From: a virus
Taxonomy: Duplodnaviria > Caudoviricetes
Length of the DNA: 40,120 nt
Direction: 5' to 3' (one strand)
Virus record (IMG/VR): IMGVR_UViG_3300047290_000212
Location: 1 to 40,120 of that record
This document shows, piece by piece, positions 1 through 6,498 of this stretch. Position numbers and translations under genes: made by a program. Below the pieces are notes generated by a model. It made no database searches. It saw only the letters and a list, made by a program, of their open reading frames with translations, and was not told where the DNA came from. Each line of letters opens with the position of its first letter. Within the stretch, counting starts at the first letter, position 1.

Positions 1-250
1 CAGTCACTGATATCACTCTTTGTATACCAGTTTCAGTATAAATTCTATCTCCGTTGGTCAGATGTTGCACTGGCTTTTTATCCAGACAGTCGGTAAAAAT
101 ATCATGATCCAGTGTGGCTTTGATGCGGCTATTTGTAAGTTGTAGTTCTGCCACTTGTTTCCGGCCCTTGATAATAATACCGTCAAAATCGCTCCAACCG
201 GTATCTGTCAGTACCTGAATACCAAGATTATTTTTTATCAATTCTTCCAC
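1..250 (-). CDS. terL: C-terminal half of split intein (IntC), presumably followed by the terminase large subunit nuclease domain; runs off the window edge
   Basis: Not in the ORF track. Manual translation gives (VEE)LIKNNLGIQVLTDTGWSDFDGIIIKGRKQVAELQLTNSRIKATLDHDIFTDCLDKKPVQHLTNGDRIYTETGIQRVISVT..., containing intein block B TxxH (ATLDH). The frame is open to position 1. In-frame starts are TTG 241, GTG 250 and ATG 295. Confidence 0.8.
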   Translation of the reverse strand, partial: MEELIKNNLGIQVLTDTGWSDFDGIIIKGRKQVAELQLTNSRIKATLDHDIFTDCLDKKPVQHLTNGDRIYTETGIQRVISVT

Positions 251-767
251 GTGCCCATCCCTGTGGCTGTTGTCCTTCAACGAAATAACTTTCATCTTTG
301 CCGTTGTTGTACCATCGTTTACCCAGTGCTGCTCCTTTGTAACCTCGGCGGCCTTGGCTTATTTTAAGGTTGCGAGCAGGATCGCTGTAGACCTTCTTCA
401 TCTTGTCAATGTACTCTTCGGTTTGTCTTAATCGGAGACGGTCATGCCGTTCTTGAGTAGACCAGACAGTGCCTTTTTTTCTTCCGCCGATCCCCGGACG
501 CTTTACTCCCCGGTTTGGCGCTGGTTTACCATACATTGGATTTTTAGAACCTTTCATGCCTTCAGACTGAAGTGCATATATTATCTCAGCGCCTGACATC
601 AAACCCGATAATCCTAACCAGGCCAACTTATCTTGCAGTAACCCATATTGCTCATATAATTTTTTGTGAGCTGCTGCATGTTGTTCAATTGTAAGCTCTA
701 CTAGATTCTCTGGATCATCAGTACCGCCCATGTGCTTGGGAATAATATGATGTTTATGGGTTATCAT
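228..767 (-). CDS. Free-standing HNH homing endonuclease between the split-intein halves
   Basis: HHIIPKHMGGTDDPENLVELTIEQHAAAH HNH motif; NUMOD3-like KGSKNPMYGK; C-terminal KRWYNNG...GWARGR; more AT-rich than the terL ATPase region. Confidence 0.88.
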   Translation of the reverse strand: MITHKHHIIPKHMGGTDDPENLVELTIEQHAAAHKKLYEQYGLLQDKLAWLGLSGLMSGAEIIYALQSEGMKGSKNPMYGKPAPNRGVKRPGIGGRKKGTVWSTQERHDRLRLRQTEEYIDKMKKVYSDPARNLKISQGRRGYKGAALGKRWYNNGKDESYFVEGQQPQGWARGRIDKK

Positions 768-775
768 ATCTTTAT

Positions 776-1714
776 TTATGTCATAGATGATAAACTCAAC
801 ATGGTTCGTAATTGGTCCACAGTGACTGATTCTACGTGACCATTGGGATGGCGTATTGTAACAGTAGAATCACCAGTAATACATTCCATTTCTCTGCGGA
901 ATCGTTCTTCACCCAGCTGGGCACGCTGCTCTGCTGCCCATGCCTCATCACGCTCGGGATGTTCGTTCCAGTAGGCTCTGTAGGCCTTGAAGCCGTTTAC
1001 GCCCAGCTCGGTACTATTACCAAACTCGTCCACGCACTTGTTGGCTCCTTTCCATAGGAACGCAAACTGATCTTCGTCTGAATTGGGTGTGCTGGTGATG
1101 ATGGCCTTACCGCCCGTGGCCAAGGTGGGTGATATAGAAGTCCAGAACTCCCGAGCTATGGTCGGTCTCACAAACGCGAATTCGTCCGCATACAGCAAGG
1201 AAATACTCATACCACGACCAGTTGTTTCAGTTGTGGTCTGGCTCACTATCCTGCTGCCGTTGTCAAATTCCAAGCTGCCCTTGTTGTAACTGGTGGCACC
1301 TGCGCGGATATGATCGGGGCAGAACTCATAGGCATAACGGATGCGCTGCATGATCTCTTGGGCACCAGTGTATTTGTGCGCAGCGATCAAGATGGTTGAG
1401 TCCGGCACGAACATGGCGTACCACAGGAGATAACCCGCAGCCGAAGTTGACTTGCCGGTCTGTCTGGGCATGAGGCTGATGCTGTAGCGAAAACAGTGAT
1501 AGGTCGAGATCAACCTTTTTTGATAGTCAAAAGGATGATACAACATCTTGCCCCTGACAGGATGCTGTATCATGAAAAAGTTATCCATGAAAAACATAGG
1601 ACCATTCACGGGGTCAGCGCATTGCGCGAATTCCATGACCTGTTGCTGGGTGTAGATCTCCTGCCGGTGGGGACTTTTGACCAGGACAGTTTCAGTAGGG
1701 GACTTTATTGGCAT
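776..1714 (-). CDS. terL: Terminase large subunit, ATPase half (T4 gp17-like), fused to a 35-aa N-intein
   Basis: Walker A MPRQTGKS, Walker B LLYADEFAF, motif III ITSTPN, ERFRREME then CITGDSTV intein block A. Start ATG 1714 has GGAG upstream (track start is 1735). Confidence 0.93.
   Translation of the reverse strand: MPIKSPTETVLVKSPHRQEIYTQQQVMEFAQCADPVNGPMFFMDNFFMIQHPVRGKMLYHPFDYQKRLISTYHCFRYSISLMPRQTGKSTSAAGYLLWYAMFVPDSTILIAAHKYTGAQEIMQRIRYAYEFCPDHIRAGATSYNKGSLEFDNGSRIVSQTTTETTGRGMSISLLYADEFAFVRPTIAREFWTSISPTLATGGKAIITSTPNSDEDQFAFLWKGANKCVDEFGNSTELGVNGFKAYRAYWNEHPERDEAWAAEQRAQLGEERFRREMECITGDSTVTIRHPNGHVESVTVDQLRTMLSLSSMT
779..883 (-). mobile_element. Split intein N-fragment (IntN), 35 aa
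   Basis: CITGDSTVTIRHPNGHVESVTVDQLRTMLSLSSMT*; Cys1 codon at 883-881; matches the block A pattern C-h-x-G-D-S/T-x-V. Confidence 0.85.
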
Positions 1715-2856
1715 AACCACTCCAATTCTGGCCAAAGTTTCACAAACGCACCTTCCTGGTCCGGATGATATACAGTTTCATTGGACCACACATGCTGACG
1801 GAATTGAATTTGATGGGCCTGGGGGTCGGCGGGCGTCTGTGCCAGATTGTGTTGGGCGGATCGGAAAAAATCCAATTCACAAGTTGACATGAAATCACCG
1901 CAAGTGCTCAAGAGCAGGGCCACTTCGTCCAGCGCCAAATGGCGCAAAGCCGGCGCATGTTGCATGGGATCTAGGTGAGCGGGTTGGAACAGATTCTGCC
2001 ACAACACAGTAAGCCCTCGGTCATGGGCCCACTGTCTAAATTCAGTCAAGCGCGTGCAGTTGTAGATATTGTACACTGCATGTATGCCGCCCCAGTGTCC
2101 TTGATTGTGCATGAGATCCTTGATGATATCTATGTTGCGATTGAGGAGATCCCAGCTGCCCCCATGCCGCACATACTGATAGCGCTCGCCTATGTTGTCA
2201 AAGCTCATGCTCCAGCCCACTCGTCGGCGTTGCGCTATCTTTTGGAATATACGGTTACGCTCAAAGTTGACCGATGTGTTGGTTATCAAGGTCACTATGC
2301 AGTCCTGGGGTATCACGTCCAGCAGCCGTTCGTTTTCTGGCAACAGCAGGGGTTCGCCGCCTACCAAGGCCACTTCTCTAATGTTGGTAGCGTGATGCTC
2401 AAGGAAATCACAGACCTGATCATAGTAGGGCCTCAACCCATTCTTTACTGGTGTTCCCTGTTTGATACTCTGCCACTTGCTGCTGCAATAGGGTCCGCAG
2501 TAGTTGCAGCTGAGATTGCAGGTGGTGTTCCAGCGTATGTCTATGATGGTAGGATCAAAAGCAGTAATATCAGCCGTGGTCACATCAAAGTCTTGATTCA
2601 CATCATTGTGCCAGTGTCTTTCGCTGCGACCATACTGCTCGGCCTGGATACAGTTATGGCAATACTCAGGATGTAGCCGACCTAATTTGATGGTTTGTCG
2701 TATCTGTCGCAGGCGCTGGCCGTTCAGGATGTCATCCAGGCCGTGATCTGTCAGTGAACCCAGCATGTTGGGATCACCCGCACAGCAGGTCTTGACGTCG
2801 CCGCGGAAGTTGATGTGCAGACCGCGCCAGGGCGCTGCACAGTATTTTGGTTCCAT
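1705..2856 (-). CDS. Radical SAM protein with N-terminal twitch/SPASM-like domain
   Basis: CNLSCNYC (CxxxCxxC), GGEPLL, ITN; N-terminal CAAPW...GDVKTCC...CHNC. Confidence 0.88.
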   Translation of the reverse strand: MEPKYCAAPWRGLHINFRGDVKTCCAGDPNMLGSLTDHGLDDILNGQRLRQIRQTIKLGRLHPEYCHNCIQAEQYGRSERHWHNDVNQDFDVTTADITAFDPTIIDIRWNTTCNLSCNYCGPYCSSKWQSIKQGTPVKNGLRPYYDQVCDFLEHHATNIREVALVGGEPLLLPENERLLDVIPQDCIVTLITNTSVNFERNRIFQKIAQRRRVGWSMSFDNIGERYQYVRHGGSWDLLNRNIDIIKDLMHNQGHWGGIHAVYNIYNCTRLTEFRQWAHDRGLTVLWQNLFQPAHLDPMQHAPALRHLALDEVALLLSTCGDFMSTCELDFFRSAQHNLAQTPADPQAHQIQFRQHVWSNETVYHPDQEGAFVKLWPELEWLCQ

Positions 2857-2907
2857 CTGCTATTTACTGGCTGCGATCAGTCCGGAAACATAAGCCAGGT
2901 GATCGGA

Positions 2908-3342
2908 TCAGTTGCACCAGCTTTGTTTGGCATCACCGTAGTATTCACGAGCAAAGCCATTGCGGATTAGTTCAGCACGTAGGCTAACTCCGTTTAGAAT
3001 AAGATCGCCTAGCACACGGCCACCAAACTTATCCCATCCATAGAGAATAACTTGATGCTGTTGCGTAGTGGCCACAGCATTTTTAGTAAAAGCTGTTGCG
3101 GCTTGTCCTCGCTGATCTTCTGAAGGACATTGGGCACGGAATCCTTTTTCAGGAGTGTCGACACCAAAGACTCGGACAGCAAGTTCTGGCTTGAGTGGTG
3201 CTGGGAGAAAGGGTGCCGCTATGACTACAGTATCACCATCGTTTACACGAATGATTTTGGCGTCATAGGTCGCACCTTGCGGTGTTTTTTGTGCTAGAGC
3301 CAAAGCAGGCAATAGTAGCAGTGCTAATATGAATTGTTTCAT
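2908..3342 (-). CDS. Thermonuclease (staphylococcal nuclease family) with signal peptide
   Basis: DGDT, RVFGVDTPE, DKFGGRVLG motifs; MKQFILALLLLPALALA signal-like N-terminus; ATG 3342 with AAGGA upstream. Confidence 0.88.
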   Translation of the reverse strand: MKQFILALLLLPALALAQKTPQGATYDAKIIRVNDGDTVVIAAPFLPAPLKPELAVRVFGVDTPEKGFRAQCPSEDQRGQAATAFTKNAVATTQQHQVILYGWDKFGGRVLGDLILNGVSLRAELIRNGFAREYYGDAKQSWCN

Positions 3343-3350
3343 TTTTTTCC

Positions 3351-5255
3351 TTAGTCGTTGTACCAAACCAGTGAAGCAGCTGCCTTTTGTATTGAAGCCG
3401 TCGACCGAATAGCAACAGATACTGTGCTACCGGGCGGAACAACCAATCTATATGCTTCCAACGCAAACTGCACTGAGCTGCCTGTGTTACCCACAACAAA
3501 ACTTAGAATAGGATATACTGTAGCAGGATCAAATGTACCAGTTGCGGTACTGACAGTGACTGGATATCCATCTTGACTCACAAAATCTTGTACGCCTGTG
3601 GATAGTGCTGCATCCAAATACAGATAAACTTCGGTGGGGTCGTTGCATTGAGTGGTTGCTACAAAATCATTCAACAACGTTTCGATGGTGTTGATAGTGT
3701 TAGACCAAGTATAGGGATTTTGAATGCTCAACAAATGATGTAACACATTTTGTGTAAGGGTAGTTTTGGTAGTGGCAATAGCACCAGTATAACTGTTGCG
3801 GTTGGTAATGCCTTCTAGACCTGACATCATTGACGCTACATCAATGGTAACACCTGTGCCTGACCCTGAGTTCAAGGCCAAGGCTGCAATCTTGAACGCA
3901 GGATTAGACACTGGCAGTTGGGTAGCCGAAGCAGATCCTGCCCATATCAACTGATAAAATAGTTCATATTGACCGGTTGAGGGATTAAGCACAAAAAAGT
4001 TGATACCAGCCCAACTGTATTTGACCTGATACTGATTGTATAGTTGTCCGTCGAACCATGCAGGCATGTTAAAATCGGTGCCATCATAGAACCAATTATT
4101 AGTGGCTACGACTCCAGCCTGATCTTGTGAAATACTTCCTGAGAATGTTCCGGCACCAGAGATGGAAAATGTGCCACCTAAAGGCCCCAGTGTCCCAGTG
4201 TACAGTAACTCCACTGTATTGTCTTTGTCACTGGCCAACCAAAGTCCGCCAAAGTTGGCATTGGATATCTGATTGGCCACTTGTCCAGTGGTTAGACCAG
4301 CCGATATACTCACAGTATAGGTCACGCTGTTGAGCACAATAGTAACTGTTTGTGCTCCTGAATATGAGTTTACTGTGATACGATATATCGGTGCTCGGCC
4401 GTTGTAACTATGTAACACACCAAACTGTGTGCCATTGTAGCCAAAGTAGTAGGAATTTTCTTGATTCTGTACACCCAGTCTCTGACTGATATTGGCTCGG
4501 GCTGTGTCAAACTTAGCAAACCACCGTGCCATGAATGTCTGACCAGGTTTGAAAGTGTTGAATCTACGACTGCGTAACAACGCATAAGAACCTGTGGTCC
4601 CTGAACATGTTACTGTGAATGCTCCACCGGTATGACTGACGTTGCCGCTGCTGGCTGTGTAGATCTGATGATCGTAGTTATTAGTGCCGTAGCGTCCATC
4701 GGTTTGTACCACTGGAGTGATAGGTATAGCATAGGGCTCGCCGTAGAAATCGCCCACTGACAGTGAAGGGGTGACTGTGACATTGCCACTGGTGATTGTA
4801 GCATTGACGTTGCCGTCCACTGTTAAACTGCCGCCACCGTCAACTACAGTGACATTGGCTGTGATACCCGCTAGGTTGCCAATGATACCAACATTGCCAG
4901 TGATAGGATTGACTGTGACATTGCCTGTGATACCTGCTACGTTACCAATGATACCAACGTTGCCCGAAACCGAGACATTACCACCGGTCACTGTGACATT
5001 GGTATTGCCAATGGGCATATAAGGCACATTGAGTATGCCAGAAGTTCCTATTTCGTCAAGATGCACATGAACAGGATTTTCTGGGGTACTGTCAACGGTC
5101 ACTGTTCCAGGAATTTGAACATTGCCCTCAATGACAATGTTTCCTGCAAAACCTGTTCGCATATACACATTGCCAGTGACTTCGTCAAGCGCCAGGGCCT
5201 GCGTTATATTACGCAGGTACCAGGGTGCTACTTCCGTGGGATTGGGTTCAGCCAT
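3351..5255 (-). CDS. Probable virion structural protein with GNV repeats and a beta-rich C-terminal domain
   Basis: 634 aa, rich in G/N/V/T; GNVGIIGNxAGIT duplication; GAGG and TAAATA upstream; structural-gene context. Confidence 0.6.
   Translation of the reverse strand: MAEPNPTEVAPWYLRNITQALALDEVTGNVYMRTGFAGNIVIEGNVQIPGTVTVDSTPENPVHVHLDEIGTSGILNVPYMPIGNTNVTVTGGNVSVSGNVGIIGNVAGITGNVTVNPITGNVGIIGNLAGITANVTVVDGGGSLTVDGNVNATITSGNVTVTPSLSVGDFYGEPYAIPITPVVQTDGRYGTNNYDHQIYTASSGNVSHTGGAFTVTCSGTTGSYALLRSRRFNTFKPGQTFMARWFAKFDTARANISQRLGVQNQENSYYFGYNGTQFGVLHSYNGRAPIYRITVNSYSGAQTVTIVLNSVTYTVSISAGLTTGQVANQISNANFGGLWLASDKDNTVELLYTGTLGPLGGTFSISGAGTFSGSISQDQAGVVATNNWFYDGTDFNMPAWFDGQLYNQYQVKYSWAGINFFVLNPSTGQYELFYQLIWAGSASATQLPVSNPAFKIAALALNSGSGTGVTIDVASMMSGLEGITNRNSYTGAIATTKTTLTQNVLHHLLSIQNPYTWSNTINTIETLLNDFVATTQCNDPTEVYLYLDAALSTGVQDFVSQDGYPVTVSTATGTFDPATVYPILSFVVGNTGSSVQFALEAYRLVVPPGSTVSVAIRSTASIQKAAASLVWYND
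4846..4964 (-). repeat. Imperfect 66-bp tandem duplication (GNVGIIGNxAGITxNVTV x2)
   Basis: acagtgacattggctgtgatacccgctaggttgccaatgataccaacattgcc at 4846 vs actgtgacattgcctgtgatacctgctacgttaccaatgataccaacgttgcc at 4912. Confidence 0.8.
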
Positions 5256-5291
5256 TGTTCTACCTCGTTTGGGTATTTATGGCCAGGCAGT

Positions 5292-5678
5292 CTATCTTGT
5301 GTAACCGGAGAAGGGTCTTATGGGGCTGGTTTTGTTGACCAGGCTGGGCTCATCGCTGTCGGGGGTGCTGATCAATTTCTTGCCGCCCGGCGTGTTGGTC
5401 ATGCGAAGAGCAGCATCAATCACGGGTGCGATGCCCGAGTTCATGCCCACTACCACACCATGCTCGCCAAACGCAGTCTCGGGCGACCATGCGGGTCTAT
5501 CGGGGTTGATGTCATCTTGGCCCACATCGCTGCGAGCTCGGGCTATGGCCACCCCAAATCTATAGTTGCGATAGGGATCAGCGGCACTGAGTCCCGGTAT
5601 CACATAGGTCCAGCGCAGTGGCTCGGCCTGCTCAGGTGGTAGGTCGTGTTGCTCAGTTATGAATTCTCGGGCTCTCAT
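5292..5678 (-). CDS. Hypothetical protein, putative capsid-internal protein (MRAREFITE N-terminus)
   Basis: 128-aa ORF; ATGA overlap with upstream gene; shares N- and C-terminal motifs with 5675..6043. Confidence 0.7.
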   Translation of the reverse strand: MRAREFITEQHDLPPEQAEPLRWTYVIPGLSAADPYRNYRFGVAIARARSDVGQDDINPDRPAWSPETAFGEHGVVVGMNSGIAPVIDAALRMTNTPGGKKLISTPDSDEPSLVNKTSPIRPFSGYTR

Positions 5679-6043
5679 CGGGGATAGCCTCCAAATCCCT
5701 TGATGGGGCTGGTCTTGTTCACTGTGTCCATCTCTTCGCTGTCCATGTCACCGTTATTGAGATCACGGTGTTGGGCTCCCACAGCCCGATAGGCCAGTTT
5801 GAGCATGTCTTGTTCTTCTTGGGTGTAGGGGTGGGCACTTTTGTTTTTGCCCACCCAGCTGGAGCGATCCATGTCAGGAGGCGTAACGCCGTCAGTGGCT
5901 GCCACGGCCATCATGACTCGATTGAGAGTATAATCACTATTCCAATGTTCAGCATCGCTAAAAACATTGAGTCCGCGAGTGGCTGACTGGCGGCGTTTGC
6001 CAACCACACCATCTGCTTCCTGCAGGAATTCGCGGGCTCGCAT
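5675..6043 (-). CDS. Hypothetical protein, putative capsid-internal protein (MRAREFLQE N-terminus)
   Basis: 122-aa ORF tightly packed in the operon; C-terminal VNKTSPIKGFGGYPR. Confidence 0.7.
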   Translation of the reverse strand: MRAREFLQEADGVVGKRRQSATRGLNVFSDAEHWNSDYTLNRVMMAVAATDGVTPPDMDRSSWVGKNKSAHPYTQEEQDMLKLAYRAVGAQHRDLNNGDMDSEEMDTVNKTSPIKGFGGYPR

Positions 6044-6045
6044 GA

Positions 6046-6327
6046 TTAGAACACGCTGTAAAGAGCCGAACTGGCAGTGCCCAATTCCAGCGCGGTGAAT
6101 GCGCCCGCGGAAGTAACAGTTACCTTGTTGCCGGCTCCCACATACATCTGATAGGTCGTATTGGCCGGTACGTTGATGGGTGCGCTATAGATATTGCCCA
6201 CGGCCGCGGCCGAGCCCAGAGCCACGGCATAGACCTGTACCCAGGCATTGGCCGACGCAGTGCTGATTTCCAACTTATCGGTATAGACCGTGGCGTTGGA
6301 CAATGAAGTGTAAACGTTTGCTGGCAT
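6046..6327 (-). CDS. Small beta-rich hypothetical protein
   Basis: 93-aa ORF, tight operon spacing, TAATG overlap with upstream ORF. Confidence 0.65.
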   Translation of the reverse strand: MPANVYTSLSNATVYTDKLEISTASANAWVQVYAVALGSAAAVGNIYSAPINVPANTTYQMYVGAGNKVTVTSAGAFTALELGTASSALYSVF

Positions 6328-6497
6328 TATTTTCTATCCTTGTTGATACAGATCCAACCTCGTGGCTTGTCTTTGAGCAGATGGTTCAACACTGGCGCCT
6401 GATCATGCCCTGGGTTGGGGTGGACCGCGGGCACTGTGCGAAAAAGATCTTGCGGCTCAAATACTCGCACGCCAGTATGGACACGATCAACGCTCAT
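6327..6497 (-). CDS. Small hypothetical protein (56 aa, MSVDRVHTG...INKDRK)
   Basis: Exactly fills the gap: ATG 1 nt after the upstream stop, and its TAA overlaps the next ATG (3' part of track ORF 6327..6644). Confidence 0.55.
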   Translation of the reverse strand: MSVDRVHTGVRVFEPQDLFRTVPAVHPNPGHDQAPVLNHLLKDKPRGWICINKDRK

Positions 6498-6498
6498 G

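Noticed and set aside
228-778. Group I intron interrupting terL
   Set aside because: Only 8 nt separate the IntN stop from the HNH start and the HNH stop overlaps the next ORF, leaving no room for a ribozyme core; intein motifs on both sides explain the break.
776-1714. terL as a truncated pseudogene
   Set aside because: The ATPase motifs are intact and the truncation coincides exactly with an intein N-fragment.
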